Positions 45,637 to 56,279 are shown, counted from the stretch's first letter. The stretch is 64,000 nucleotides of DNA from Candidatus Micrarchaeota archaeon (GCA_043821365.1 JBDRCX010000006.1:356113-420112), one strand, 5' to 3'. Notes: generated by a model from the letters alone, not told the origin. Translations and numbers: made by a program.

Positions 45637-46986
45637 ATGAAAGATGCACTAATAAAATTTCTCACTAGTTTAGGTCTTCAAAATGAGCTTGAACTTTACC
45701 TACGCTTGTTCAAGCAAGTGCAACCACACAAATTCGCAGTTGTAAAAATAAGTGGAGCTACACTTTCAGAAAAAATGGATACAGTTGCAGAAGATCTTGC
45801 GTTTCTTTCCAAGTTAGGTCTTTGTCCAATAGTTATTCACGGTGGCGGCAAACCGATAGATGAAGCTCTTAATAAAAAAGGATTAGAAATCAAAAAAGTC
45901 AATGGTATGCGTATTACTAATAAGGAAGTAATGCTTGTAACCTCTAAAGTTCTAAATAAACTCACAAATCAACTCGTTTCTCTTATTAACAAGAAAGGCG
46001 GTCATGCTTTGAATATCAATGATTTTGGCATGATTAAACTCAAAAAAAGTGGATCGGTTGGTGGGGTTGACCTTGGCCTTGTAGCAGAAATAACTGACAT
46101 AAATATAAATAAGTTTAAGGAATTGTGCGATTTCGGGTATATGCCTGTTCTAGCATCCATGGGTAATATTGATGGCACTTCATTCAATGTCAATGCTGAT
46201 ATTCTTGCAAATGCCATTGTCAAAAAAACCAGACCAAAGAAATTTATCCTACTTACTGATACTGGTGGAATATTGGATAAACAAGGGCAAATAATTTCAG
46301 TTATTGATGTTCAATATGATCTTGAACAATTGGTCAATGGAAAGATTATCAGCGATGGCATGCTTTTAAAAGTGCGAGAAATAAAAAAACTTCTCCAATT
46401 TGTTCCGGATACTGTAGTGGAAATCTGTTCACCTGAAAATCTTCTAAAAGAACTTTTTACTGTCAAAGGAAGTGGGACATTTGTTCGCTATGGTGGCAAT
46501 TTTTTGGTCAAGAATAACTTTAAGGAACTGAATACAAAAAAGATCCAGAAGCTTTTGGTAGATAGCTTCTGCAAGGTTCTTAGTGACGATTACTTTGACC
46601 AACCTATTGATCTTGTAATAGCTGATAAGGATTATTCAGCTGTTGCAATAATAAAGAAAATCTCGGGGCAGCCCTATTTGGATAAATTTGCAGTTTCAAA
46701 AAATGCACAGGGAAATGGTCTTGGCAAAACCGTTTGGTCTATTGTCAAAAAACACTATCCTTCGCTGATATGGCGTTCAAGTTTGGACAATCCTATAAAT
46801 AGCTGGTACTTCAAGAATGCAGATGGAGTTCATAAGAGTGATAAGTGGGCTATTTTTTGGTATAATCTACAACCTTCAACAGTACTGATTCAAACAATTT
46901 CTAACATAGTTCCTACGTTGGTGAAAAAATGCGATGTGTTTTTTCTGAACCAAAACAACAATTTTGATATGGTGAAAAAATGTTAA
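45637..46986 (+). CDS. argB: acetylglutamate kinase fused to C-terminal NAT/GNAT domain (NAGK or NAGS/K)
   Basis: VVKISG, IHGGG, G.RIT, NVNAD, DGMLLK, LLKELFT.KGSGT, YLDKFAV...QG.G, LIWRS..NPIN.WYF; track start is 45613. Confidence 0.88.
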   Translation: MKDALIKFLTSLGLQNELELYLRLFKQVQPHKFAVVKISGATLSEKMDTVAEDLAFLSKLGLCPIVIHGGGKPIDEALNKKGLEIKKVNGMRITNKEVMLVTSKVLNKLTNQLVSLINKKGGHALNINDFGMIKLKKSGSVGGVDLGLVAEITDININKFKELCDFGYMPVLASMGNIDGTSFNVNADILANAIVKKTRPKKFILLTDTGGILDKQGQIISVIDVQYDLEQLVNGKIISDGMLLKVREIKKLLQFVPDTVVEICSPENLLKELFTVKGSGTFVRYGGNFLVKNNFKELNTKKIQKLLVDSFCKVLSDDYFDQPIDLVIADKDYSAVAIIKKISGQPYLDKFAVSKNAQGNGLGKTVWSIVKKHYPSLIWRSSLDNPINSWYFKNADGVHKSDKWAIFWYNLQPSTVLIQTISNIVPTLVKKCDVFFLNQNNNFDMVKKC

Positions 46987-48119
46987 TCCAAGAAGAGAAA
47001 AAATATATCATGAGTGCCTATACTCGTTATCCATTAACAATAATAACTGGGGTTGGGTGTCATGCGTATGCTTCAGATGGAAATTGGTACTTGGACATGG
47101 TTGGTGGCATTGCGTGTTGTCCGTTGGGTCATCAACACCCAGCAGTAAAAGATGCAATTTTGAGCCAGGTCAATAAGCTTACTAATGTTAGTAATCTTTT
47201 CTATACTGAGGAACAAATTGAACTGGCAAAAAAACTTGTCTCTCTTTCTGGATTGAAAAAATGTTTTTTTAGTAACAGTGGTACTGAGGCTAATGAGGCC
47301 GCAATTAAACTAGCAATTGCCAGCACTAAGAAACACGAATTCGTGGTTTGTCAGAATTCTTTTCATGGTCGTACATTTGGTAGTTTATCTGCTACGTACG
47401 GTAAAAATTACACACAAAAATTTAGCCCACTTCTATCAAAGTTTGATTTTGTTCCATATGGTGATCTATCTGCAATATCAAACGCAATAAATGAGAAAAC
47501 AGCAGCAATACTACTTGAACCAATACAAGGCGAAGCAGGAATTATACTGCCCCATCATGATTATCTAAAAGAATTATCTGAACTTTGTGAATCAAAGGGA
47601 GTGCTATTTATGTTAGATGAAGTCCAAACAGGCAATGGGCGGACCGGTACCTATTTTGAATATCTTTCCCATGGCATAAAACCAGATATTGTTACAACTG
47701 CAAAAGGTCTGGCAAATGGTCTTCCAATTGGAGTAACATTATCAAATGGTGTTGATTTTGAACCAGGTGACCATGCATCTACATTCGGAGGCAATTCATT
47801 TGTTTGTGCCGTTGCATCTTCTGTTGTTTCAACTATTTCAAAAAATGGGATGATGGAAAATGCTGCAGTTCAGGGAGACTATATTAAAAATCAAATTCTT
47901 AAATTTGATAAAAAAGAAGTAAAGGAAGTTCGGGGCAAGGGACTTATGATTGGTATTGAATTAGATAAACCAGCAAAAGAAAAAATATCTAAATTTATGA
48001 AACACGGAGTGTTGGTAAATGTTGTAAATGAGAATACCATCAGATTACTTCCGCCTCTTATACTGGTTCAAAAACAAGCAGATCAATTCCTTTCTGCATT
48101 TAACGAGGTAGTATCATGA
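46980..48119 (+). CDS. argD: acetylornithine aminotransferase
   Basis: NSGTEANEAAIK, FHGRT, EPIQGE, DEVQTG and AKGLANG motifs. Confidence 0.92.
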   Translation: MLIQEEKKYIMSAYTRYPLTIITGVGCHAYASDGNWYLDMVGGIACCPLGHQHPAVKDAILSQVNKLTNVSNLFYTEEQIELAKKLVSLSGLKKCFFSNSGTEANEAAIKLAIASTKKHEFVVCQNSFHGRTFGSLSATYGKNYTQKFSPLLSKFDFVPYGDLSAISNAINEKTAAILLEPIQGEAGIILPHHDYLKELSELCESKGVLFMLDEVQTGNGRTGTYFEYLSHGIKPDIVTTAKGLANGLPIGVTLSNGVDFEPGDHASTFGGNSFVCAVASSVVSTISKNGMMENAAVQGDYIKNQILKFDKKEVKEVRGKGLMIGIELDKPAKEKISKFMKHGVLVNVVNENTIRLLPPLILVQKQADQFLSAFNEVVS

Positions 48120-49018
48120 TCAAAGCAGCGGTTTTGGGTGCTTCTGGTTATTCTGGTAATGAATTAGTCAGCATTTTAGCTAATCATCCACAGGTTGATC
48201 TTGACTTCATACAAAGTAAAAATAATATTGGTAAAAAAGTAACTGGCATCTATCCAGATTCAAAAGTAAATCTCACCTACTCTGATCCATCTCTAGAAGA
48301 ACTCAACAAAGTCGATGTTGTTTTCCTTGCCCTTCCAAAAGAAGAATCACTACGTCTAGCATCAAAACTATCAACTCTAATCATCGATCTGAGTCCGGCA
48401 CATCGATTTCATTCTGAGTATGTTTATGGTCTCCCAGAAATTAATAGAGAAAAAATCAAATCAGCCAATAAAATAGCCAACCCTGGATGTTATGCAACTG
48501 TTTCGCTTCTGGGTATTTTGCCGTTAACCAAAGTCCAAGTCAATGCCATTGCTTTTGATTGTAAAAGTGGCTATTCAGGTGGTGGTAAGAGTGTAAAATA
48601 TGATTTCCAGGAAAATTCTATCCCATACTCTCTTGTTGATCACTATCAAAAACCAGAAATTGCCCAATTTGTTGATGTTCCTTTTTCATTTACACCTCAT
48701 GTTGTTAATGCGTTTCGTGGTCTGATAGCAACTGTTCACATATTTGGTGAATTTGATGATTTGGAATTATTATACCAAAAATTCTACGAAAAAGAACCGT
48801 GTGTTAAAGTTATCAATAGCATACCTGATTTCAAATCAGTTTCTAAGACCCCCTATTGCATGATCGGTGGGATTTCTAAGATGAAGGACCATCACATTCT
48901 AATAAGTGCTATTGATAATTTGCTAAAAGGTGCTGCTTCACAGGCAGTTCAGAATATGAATATTCGATTTGGTTTTGATGAAAAAACCAGTTTAGATATT
49001 TTTGAGGTGAACTTATGA
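48116..49018 (+). CDS. argC: N-acetyl-gamma-glutamyl-phosphate reductase
   Basis: GASGYSG, YGLPE, ANPGCY and [16 protein letters not shown] motifs. Confidence 0.93.
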   Translation: MIKAAVLGASGYSGNELVSILANHPQVDLDFIQSKNNIGKKVTGIYPDSKVNLTYSDPSLEELNKVDVVFLALPKEESLRLASKLSTLIIDLSPAHRFHSEYVYGLPEINREKIKSANKIANPGCYATVSLLGILPLTKVQVNAIAFDCKSGYSGGGKSVKYDFQENSIPYSLVDHYQKPEIAQFVDVPFSFTPHVVNAFRGLIATVHIFGEFDDLELLYQKFYEKEPCVKVINSIPDFKSVSKTPYCMIGGISKMKDHHILISAIDNLLKGAASQAVQNMNIRFGFDEKTSLDIFEVNL

Positions 49019-50253
49019 ATAAAAAAGTAGTTTTGGCATATTCGGGAGGTTTGGATACCTCGTGTATCCTTAAGTGGTTAGTGGAAAAAGGATATGAAGT
49101 CATAGCATATGTTGGAGATGTTGGGCAGAATGAAGACTTTGAAGTAGTGAAGAAAAAAGCTCTTGAAATTGGTGCATCTAAAGTCTATGTTGAAAATTTG
49201 CAAAAAGAATTTGTAACTGATTTTATTTTTCCAGCAATAAAAGCAAATGCAATTTATGAAAGTAGATATCTTCTTGGTACTTCACTTGCACGTCCAGTGA
49301 TTGCAAGAAAGCAGATGGAAATTGCAGAGAGAGAAAATGCAGAATATGTTTCTCATGGTGCAACCGGGAAAGGCAATGATCAAGTTCGTTTTGAGCTTAC
49401 TTATTACGCTCTCAATCCAAAAATCAAGGTCATAGCACCATGGAAAGACTCAGACTTCTTAGCCAAATTCAAAGGCAGAAAAGATCTTATTAATTATGCA
49501 AATGAAAAAGGGATTCCAATCAAAGCAACTCATGACAAACCATACAGTACTGACGCAAACCTTATGCACATAAGTTATGAATCTGGGATGTTAGAAGATC
49601 CAAAAACTGCTCCAACTCCGGCAATGTTTGAGTGGACAAAATCACCAAAAGATGCTCCTGATAAAGAAACACACCTTGAAATTCATTTCAAAGATGGACT
49701 TCCAATTAAGGTTGTGAATAAGGAAAATGGGGCTGCAGTGACAGATCCTCTCGAGCTATTAGTTTATTTGAATGAAGTCGGAGCAGAAAATGGTGTTGGT
49801 CGTATTGATATTGTAGAGAACCGTTTTGTTGGTATAAAATCACGTGGAGTTTATGAAACTCCTGGAGTTACGATCTTACGTGCTGCACATTTGGATATAG
49901 AATCCATTGCAATGGATCGAGAAGTTATGCGATTGCGTGATATGCTTGAACCAAAATTCTCAGAATTTGTCTATAATGGTTTTTGGTTTAGTCCTGAGAT
50001 GGATTTTCTAAATGCTGCAATAAATAAAAGTCAAGAACTTATTGACGGTGTTGTGTATCTTAGTTTGTACAAGGGTAACATAACAATAATTGGTAGAGAA
50101 TCACCAAGTTCACTTTACGACAAGGATCTTTCAAGCATGGATATTGAAGGTGGATTCAATCAAAGTGATTCAGCAGGGTTTATTAAGATCAATGCAATTC
50201 GATTGATGGCACACAATGCGATTATACATCATAAGAAAAAGCACGGTAATTAG
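49015..50253 (+). CDS. argG: argininosuccinate synthase
   Basis: [23 protein letters not shown] and KSRGVYETP motifs. Confidence 0.96.
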   Translation: MNKKVVLAYSGGLDTSCILKWLVEKGYEVIAYVGDVGQNEDFEVVKKKALEIGASKVYVENLQKEFVTDFIFPAIKANAIYESRYLLGTSLARPVIARKQMEIAERENAEYVSHGATGKGNDQVRFELTYYALNPKIKVIAPWKDSDFLAKFKGRKDLINYANEKGIPIKATHDKPYSTDANLMHISYESGMLEDPKTAPTPAMFEWTKSPKDAPDKETHLEIHFKDGLPIKVVNKENGAAVTDPLELLVYLNEVGAENGVGRIDIVENRFVGIKSRGVYETPGVTILRAAHLDIESIAMDREVMRLRDMLEPKFSEFVYNGFWFSPEMDFLNAAINKSQELIDGVVYLSLYKGNITIIGRESPSSLYDKDLSSMDIEGGFNQSDSAGFIKINAIRLMAHNAIIHHKKKHGN

Positions 50254-50267
50254 TGCAGGTGGTTTTG

Positions 50268-51461
50268 ATGCTTTGGGGAGGAAGATTTTCTAAAGATCCT
50301 AAGAAAAATTTGCTGTTATTCAACAGTTCAGACAATATTTCTGTTGATGAAAAACTTGTTGGATACGATATTGTGGGGAGCATTGCACATGTTAAAATGC
50401 TTAATAAGCAAAAGCTTCTCAACAATACTGAAGCAAATGCAATAATCAAAGCACTAAATGAAGTTCTTGCTGAATGGAAATCTGGCAAATTTAAATTAGA
50501 CCCAAATCTTGAAGATGTGCACATGAATGTTGAAGTTGCAGTTACAAAAAAAACACCATTTGGCAAAAAAATGCATACTGCAAGATCAAGAAATGATCAA
50601 ATAAATTTAGATATGCGTTTGTACATGCGCGATAATGTGACTAAATTTATTTCGTCATTAAGAACTCTTCAAAAAGCATTCAATTCCCAAAATAAAATCG
50701 AAATACCTGCCCATACCCACACCAGAGTAGCTCAGCCAATTACAACTAAACTCTATTACGATGGCTATTCAACTTCTCTGAATAAAGATATCGAACGCCT
50801 TAACCAGCTTTACAAAAGAATAAACAAATCACCATTAGGTGCATGTGCAATTTCAGGAACCACCCTTCCAATAGACAGAGATTATACTGCCAATTTACTT
50901 GGTTTTGATGGTATTGAAAAAAATCCAGTCGAAACAATAAGTTCAAGAGGGGAATTGGAAGCAGAATTTGCTTTCATATGCACTCTTATTGCCATACAAT
51001 TATCTCGTTTTGCAGAAGATATGATCTGGTTCAGTTATGTTGGTTTAGTTGAACTACCAGAAGAATACTGTACTGGTAGTAGCATAATGCCAAACAAATC
51101 AAATCCAGATGTTTTTGAGCTTATTCGTGGGAGATCTGCAAAAGTCCAAGGGAATCTTGTTACTTTACTCACTCTTTTGAAAGGAACTCCAACAGGACAC
51201 AATGCAGATACTCAAGAATCAAAAAAAGCAATTATGGAATCAATTGAAACAGTTTCTAGCTGCACTGCTATCCTAGCTGACATAATACCGCAGATAAAAT
51301 GGAATAAAAAGAAAGCCAAAAAGCTGATAGATCAAGGATATGCAAGAGCCACTCTTCTTGCAGATGATCTTGTAAAAAAAGGGATCTCATTTAGAGAAGC
51401 TCATGAGAAAATTGGTAAATTGATAAAAAGACTCGAAAAAGAAGGAAAATATATCGAGTAA
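50268..51461 (+). CDS. argH: argininosuccinate lyase (short C-terminus)
   Basis: LWGGRF, EDVH, HTARSRNDQ and GSSIMP.K.NPD..E motifs. Confidence 0.92.
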   Translation: MLWGGRFSKDPKKNLLLFNSSDNISVDEKLVGYDIVGSIAHVKMLNKQKLLNNTEANAIIKALNEVLAEWKSGKFKLDPNLEDVHMNVEVAVTKKTPFGKKMHTARSRNDQINLDMRLYMRDNVTKFISSLRTLQKAFNSQNKIEIPAHTHTRVAQPITTKLYYDGYSTSLNKDIERLNQLYKRINKSPLGACAISGTTLPIDRDYTANLLGFDGIEKNPVETISSRGELEAEFAFICTLIAIQLSRFAEDMIWFSYVGLVELPEEYCTGSSIMPNKSNPDVFELIRGRSAKVQGNLVTLLTLLKGTPTGHNADTQESKKAIMESIETVSSCTAILADIIPQIKWNKKKAKKLIDQGYARATLLADDLVKKGISFREAHEKIGKLIKRLEKEGKYIE

Positions 51462-52091
51462 CTAATCATCGTGGTGTATACTGTTTCTGAATAGTAAAAA
51501 CAAAATGATCAATGCAGCAACACCTAAAAGTAATACAACTGGTAATAAAAATCCAAGGGGATTTTCTGTACCTGTTTTTACAATAACGTTTTCCAATCCC
51601 TCATTTTGTGGTTCTTGGTTATTTTGTGGTGGTTGAGTATTGTTAACTGCTGGTGGTTCTTCATCTGGAATAACCACTGGTTCTTCTGGTATTATGGTTG
51701 GTTCTTCTGATTGCTCCTCTGGTTCAGTTATATTCTGTCCAGGGAATACATCCGGGGCATCTGATTCCCCACATTGTTCTTCTTGTGGGCAATAATTTGG
51801 TATCATCATCTGCATACATTCTGCGCCCATTTCACTAGGTGACACAACAGGACATTCAACCACTCTACCATCTGGTTTGTAGAATGTACTTCCTGCTCCT
51901 GGTAATGAAGAAACTACTCTTACAACATTTCCATTACATGTGTAAACTGCTTCTACATTTGCTTCTTTACATTTTGCTGCTGCTGTATCCTTAGCAAATT
52001 GCTCCCCATTGTCACCTGATTCCCAAATTACAGCAAAACTAAGGGTTAGCATCAATAATACAAATAACACATGCTTTTTCATATACACCAA
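51462..52091 (-). CDS. surface protein: signal peptide, Cys-rich domain, Pro/Glu stalk, C-terminal TM
   Basis: Composition and hydrophobicity pattern of the translation. Confidence 0.7.
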   Translation of the reverse strand: MVYMKKHVLFVLLMLTLSFAVIWESGDNGEQFAKDTAAAKCKEANVEAVYTCNGNVVRVVSSLPGAGSTFYKPDGRVVECPVVSPSEMGAECMQMMIPNYCPQEEQCGESDAPDVFPGQNITEPEEQSEEPTIIPEEPVVIPDEEPPAVNNTQPPQNNQEPQNEGLENVIVKTGTENPLGFLLPVVLLLGVAALIILFLLFRNSIHHDD

Positions 52092-52116
52092 TTTATGAAG
52101 CAGGCAAATTAAAAAT

Positions 52117-52392
52117 CTACCTCTTAGCCGTAACCATAATCAAATGATATCCAAATTCTGTTTTTACAGGCTTTGATACCACTCCAACTGGCAATGAAAA
52201 GGCTGCTTCTTCAAATTCCTTTACCATCTGCCCCTTTCCAAAGAATCCTAGTTTTCCTCCATTTTCTCCGCTTGGGCATTTGGAGTGCTTTTTTGCAATC
52301 TTTACAAAATCTGCTCCGTTGTCAATCTCTTTTTTCAACTTATTTGCTGTTTTTTCATCATCCACTAAAATGTGGCTTGCGTTTACCTGCAT
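52117..52392 (-). CDS. ppiC: parvulin-type peptidyl-prolyl isomerase
   Basis: ASHILV, HS.CPS...GG.LG.F.KGQMV.EFE and TEFGYHLI motifs. Confidence 0.93.
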   Translation of the reverse strand: MQVNASHILVDDEKTANKLKKEIDNGADFVKIAKKHSKCPSGENGGKLGFFGKGQMVKEFEEAAFSLPVGVVSKPVKTEFGYHLIMVTAKR

Positions 52393-52447
52393 GATTTCCC
52401 CCCAGAGGCAATGCCTCTAGAACCCCTAATTTATGAGGTTGTTAATA

Positions 52448-53623
52448 TCAAGGTTGTATCCATTCAATTTCATAATATTCATATTCGCTTCCAGGAAGAT
52501 CAATTGCTTTTATCACGTAATAAGTGACACTGCTTTCCCTATCTCCAATCCCCATTATCATTTCCAGTCCGTATTGGTTACACTCTGCCAAAGCCTTTGC
52601 AAGTTCTTCTCCACCAATGCATTCATCCTCAGTGAGCGAGTACATCAAATATCGTGGTGTTCCGTCTTTTGGAGTTTCTATCCCTCCTTTTTTACGGTGA
52701 TAACAAACAAAATCTAACCTTGGTTTTTTCGGATTAATTTCTATCGAAGTCTTCTTTCCTGGAATTGCAAGTATGAATGTTTTTTTCACACTATGAGCTA
52801 CTCTAATAGCCCTTGCCCATTCCGAAATTATCTGTTTATGCTTTCTTGGGAAAACATGAATAACGTGTTTGGAGTGCATCCATTCGTCTTCACTTCTTAT
52901 TGGCGATGCACCTGGGAAATATATTCTGAAATGAGTACCGAATTTGAACCCAGTTTTTATTACATACCCTCGTTTTCTCCAATCCTCATATACAGAATAC
53001 ATATCTGAGAAAAACTTCATTCGCTTTTTTGCTATTTTTTCTACATCTCCTACTTTTAGATTTTTTAAGGTTAATTCACCATGCTTCAGGAGGTAAATTG
53101 TTTCGTAAATATCAAGTTTTGATATTTTGCCTCTATGTGCTGCTTTGTAAGTTCCAAATTGTCCTATCCAATACCTTTCATATAATTCCTTTCCAACTCT
53201 TTCATCATCAACTATTGTGATGAGGTCATTTGGGAAGAAAAGTCCTTGGAATGAATACGAATCTATGTCGAAATGCCCTCCTTTGTACTTAACGGATATG
53301 GATCTCCCATAATTTCCTTCTGCTTCTGTTGCATTCCTGAGTATTAGTCCTTTATCACGATAATCTTTATAGGTCAAATATCTTGCTAGTAACCTCTTAT
53401 TTTTTACAAATAGTGCTGCAACGTCATTAAAACCAAATTCATTCCCAACATCATCATAGCATCTGCCATTGCGAATATCCATGATATACAGAGCTTCCTC
53501 TGGTGTTAGGTAAATTATCCCCCTTTTCATCTGGCCGTAAAAACCGTTTTGTAGAGAAGAAACAGCTGATGGTTCCTTCACAAACAAAGTACGCTTTTTT
53601 CGGTCCAGCTCAAGTTTTATCAT
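52448..53623 (-). CDS. endA: tRNA splicing endonuclease, three-unit epsilon2 (ARMAN/Micrarchaeota) type
   Basis: ~391 aa; TPEEALY, KTGFKFGTHFRIY, HSKH and IRVAHSVKK motifs; GTYK loop near residue 160 resembles the ARMAN-specific loop. Confidence 0.88.
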   Translation of the reverse strand: MIKLELDRKKRTLFVKEPSAVSSLQNGFYGQMKRGIIYLTPEEALYIMDIRNGRCYDDVGNEFGFNDVAALFVKNKRLLARYLTYKDYRDKGLILRNATEAEGNYGRSISVKYKGGHFDIDSYSFQGLFFPNDLITIVDDERVGKELYERYWIGQFGTYKAAHRGKISKLDIYETIYLLKHGELTLKNLKVGDVEKIAKKRMKFFSDMYSVYEDWRKRGYVIKTGFKFGTHFRIYFPGASPIRSEDEWMHSKHVIHVFPRKHKQIISEWARAIRVAHSVKKTFILAIPGKKTSIEINPKKPRLDFVCYHRKKGGIETPKDGTPRYLMYSLTEDECIGGEELAKALAECNQYGLEMIMGIGDRESSVTYYVIKAIDLPGSEYEYYEIEWIQP

Positions 53624-53722
53624 ACACAAACCTCTCGAGCGGAAATTCCGAATTACAATAATTATCTGTGGCTAAGGGTATTAAGCCCTTTTGGTCTCCT
53701 GTTTTTGGGATTACAAACTCCA

Positions 53723-54364
53723 TTATTCGAATTTCAAATCCATAAGTTCTGTGAAGTCTGTTATTACCATCGTCCCTTCATTCACTGTTATTCTAGCAGG
53801 AGATTTTACAATTATCAACTTCATATTTGCTGCCAAAACTGCTTTTGCACCAGAAACAGAATCTTCAATTGCAACACACTCTTCTGGTTTTAATCCTAAT
53901 TTTCTTGCTGCATGTAAAAATGGTTCAGGGTCTGGTTTGCGTTTTTCCAATTCATCTCCGCTTACAATAAGATCAAAAAACTTACTAAGGTTAAAAATGT
54001 CAAGTGCAGCCTGTACGTTTGTTCTATGACTACCAGAAACAATTGCGATTTTTAATTTTTTTTCTTTAATTTTTTCAAGAAATTTAACTATTCCTGGGGT
54101 TAGTGTCAATCTTCCTTCCCTAACTGCTTTTTCATAATTTGATTTTCTTTTTTGTACGAGGTCATCTACTTTTTCAGGTATTTTATATTCATCTACCAAA
54201 ACTTCAAAGATATGTTTAGATCCTGTACCTGCAAACTCATTATACCATCTCTCTTCACTTACCTCAACACCATAAGGTTTAAGAAGCTCTAAAAACGTCT
54301 CCATATGTAGCTTTTCTGATTGCACTACCACGCCGTCAAAATCAAAAAGTATGCCTTTTATTAT
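53723..54364 (-). CDS. HAD family phosphatase; probable ATA start codon
   Basis: (M)IKGILFDFDGVVV motif I lies upstream of the first NTG codon; KPDPEP and EDS..G motifs; TAA directly precedes the ATA. Confidence 0.85.
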   Translation of the reverse strand: MIKGILFDFDGVVVQSEKLHMETFLELLKPYGVEVSEERWYNEFAGTGSKHIFEVLVDEYKIPEKVDDLVQKRKSNYEKAVREGRLTLTPGIVKFLEKIKEKKLKIAIVSGSHRTNVQAALDIFNLSKFFDLIVSGDELEKRKPDPEPFLHAARKLGLKPEECVAIEDSVSGAKAVLAANMKLIIVKSPARITVNEGTMVITDFTELMDLKFE

Positions 54365-54416
54365 TTAATCATCTCCAAACATGCATTTTATTAACCATAG
54401 GTTACAATAAAATTTC

Positions 54417-55145
54417 ATGAGATTAATCATATTAAGCTTACTGGTTTTTGGATTATTGCTATTCGGATGCTTTGAACCACCAATAGATCAAAATCAAACA
54501 AACACTACTAATAACACAACAATTATTCAACCAGTTAAAACACCATCATTTACTATCACAAGTCCAACTTCCTATGAATCAATCTACACCCAAGAAGAAA
54601 CTGCAGATGTGACTTTGTCTTTCAATACTCAAAATCTTGTTCTAAAACAACCTGGAGGAGTTGCGAAAAGTGGCGAAGGCCATTTCAAAGTAACTGTGGA
54701 TGCTGATCCAGCTGTAACAATAACCTCGAAGAATTATGTTATCGCAGGTTTGGGGCTTGGAGAACACACCATAAGCGTTGATCTGTGGACAAATGACAAA
54801 AAATCATATGGCATTTCAAAACAAGTAACTTTCACAGTGGAGAAAGAAGAATTGCCAGCATACGAACCACAAACCTATACAGTTACAATAAATGATTTCT
54901 CTTACAGTCCAGCCGAATTAACTGTAAAAAGAACTGATAGTGTCATCTTTGTGAACTCAGGCAATTTCCCAAGATCCGCAACATGTTTTATTGGTGGTGC
55001 GGAAGTATTCGATACTGAGGTTCTTGGGCCTGGTAAAAATGCCACAATTGTCATGAATGAAGTATTGTCATGTGAGTACTACGCAGTTACCCATCCAATA
55101 ATGAAAGGAATGATAATTGTTGAACCAAATGGTAGAGAAGATTAG
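54417..55145 (+). CDS. lipoprotein with Ig-like and cupredoxin-like domains
   Basis: LLFGC lipobox; GEGH/G.H domain; INDFSYSPAELTV..HP.MKG.IIV. Confidence 0.7.
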   Translation: MRLIILSLLVFGLLLFGCFEPPIDQNQTNTTNNTTIIQPVKTPSFTITSPTSYESIYTQEETADVTLSFNTQNLVLKQPGGVAKSGEGHFKVTVDADPAVTITSKNYVIAGLGLGEHTISVDLWTNDKKSYGISKQVTFTVEKEELPAYEPQTYTVTINDFSYSPAELTVKRTDSVIFVNSGNFPRSATCFIGGAEVFDTEVLGPGKNATIVMNEVLSCEYYAVTHPIMKGMIIVEPNGRED

Positions 55146-55414
55146 TATTCTATCTCTACTTCTCCTTTTTTTATCCAAATTTGACAGGCCAATCTTTCAT
55201 TAGTTTGGCAACTTTTTTTTGCTAAAAGAAGTTCCTCAGTTGGACTTTTACCATTTAGATTTTCCATCCCCTTAATTATCTTGCATATGCAAGTTCCGCA
55301 TGTTCCAGACTCACAACCAAAAAGCATTCCTGTGTCCCTTACATGGTCTAAGAGCCTAGATCCATCTGGAATATCAAGTGTAATATTATCATTGATTATC
55401 TTTACTTTTGCCAT
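55142..55414 (-). CDS. [2Fe-2S] ferredoxin
   Basis: FGCESGTCGTC...RLACQ. Confidence 0.9.
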   Translation of the reverse strand: MAKVKIINDNITLDIPDGSRLLDHVRDTGMLFGCESGTCGTCICKIIKGMENLNGKSPTEELLLAKKSCQTNERLACQIWIKKGEVEIEY

Positions 55415-55440
55415 AAAAATCTCCTTTGATTTTTATTATT

Positions 55441-55566
55441 GTTGAGAATGCGTCGCATTCTCGACTGTCATGGAGTTTTGCTCCATAGCATGATTGTTTC
55501 GTAATTGTTCGAATTTCGAACAATTTGCGCCTTGAAATAGCATTTCAAGTGCGTAACGATCAATGC
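55441..55566. other. cluster of four consecutive hairpins (structured intergenic element)
   Basis: Stems at 55441-65, 55470-86, 55503-25 and 55527-54, plus a possible closing stem 55488-98/55555-66. Confidence 0.6.
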
Positions 55567-55572
55567 ATAGGA

Positions 55573-56214
55573 TCACTCTGGTTCGTCATTAAACAATTTC
55601 GTCTGTTTTATTCTCTCCATTGTTTTCCATCGTTTTCTTGTAAATGGGTCTAGAAGCTTCCTTTTTTCTTTATTTTTAAGTGCACCTATTGTTCTTTGGT
55701 CAGATGGATATCCACTACCAAATTCGCCTGTTATGTGTGCTATATCAACAATCTTTTTATCTCTTATAACTTTTGCACATATTGATGCTGCAGCAACAAT
55801 GGGATATTTCTCATCTGCTTTATGTTCTGCTTCAAATTTCTTTATTCCGAACTTTTCCATTCTTTTTCTAAAAGTCCACGAGTATCTATCCGGCATGTCT
55901 ATCATTACGTCGCCATCTTCAGCCTTTTTTATAAGGTCAGCCATAACTTGCGCTTCAATATCATTCAGACTCATTGTTTTCATTAGTTTATCAAGATCAG
56001 TTGCACTTACTTCAATCCATTTGAACAGACAGAACTTTTTCAGTTCCTCATAAACAGTTTCCCTTTGTTTTGGTGTAAGTGCTTTAGAATCTTTTGTTGC
56101 GGTTTTTTTTAATAATTTTTCGTGTTCACGCTTACAAAGAGCAATACATATGACTAATGGACCTATGACAGATCCTCTTCCAGCTTCATCAATTCCGGAT
56201 ATATATGAGAACAT
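55573..56214 (-). CDS. rnhB: ribonuclease HII
   Basis: GIDEAGRGSVIGP, DSK.L, HKAD..YP.V.AASI.AKV.RD and GSGYPSD motifs. Confidence 0.95.
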   Translation of the reverse strand: MFSYISGIDEAGRGSVIGPLVICIALCKREHEKLLKKTATKDSKALTPKQRETVYEELKKFCLFKWIEVSATDLDKLMKTMSLNDIEAQVMADLIKKAEDGDVMIDMPDRYSWTFRKRMEKFGIKKFEAEHKADEKYPIVAAASICAKVIRDKKIVDIAHITGEFGSGYPSDQRTIGALKNKEKRKLLDPFTRKRWKTMERIKQTKLFNDEPE

Positions 56215-56279
56215 AAGTAGGAAATATTAGGCAATAATAGATTAAAAATAAAGAGGTTGAAAGCCAAAGGCTTTCCTAT

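Noticed and set aside
45613-51461. Complete LysW-dependent (ArgX/LysX) pathway
   Set aside because: No ATP-grasp ligase, zinc-finger LysW or LysK in the window; the kinase is the NAT-fused acetyl type.
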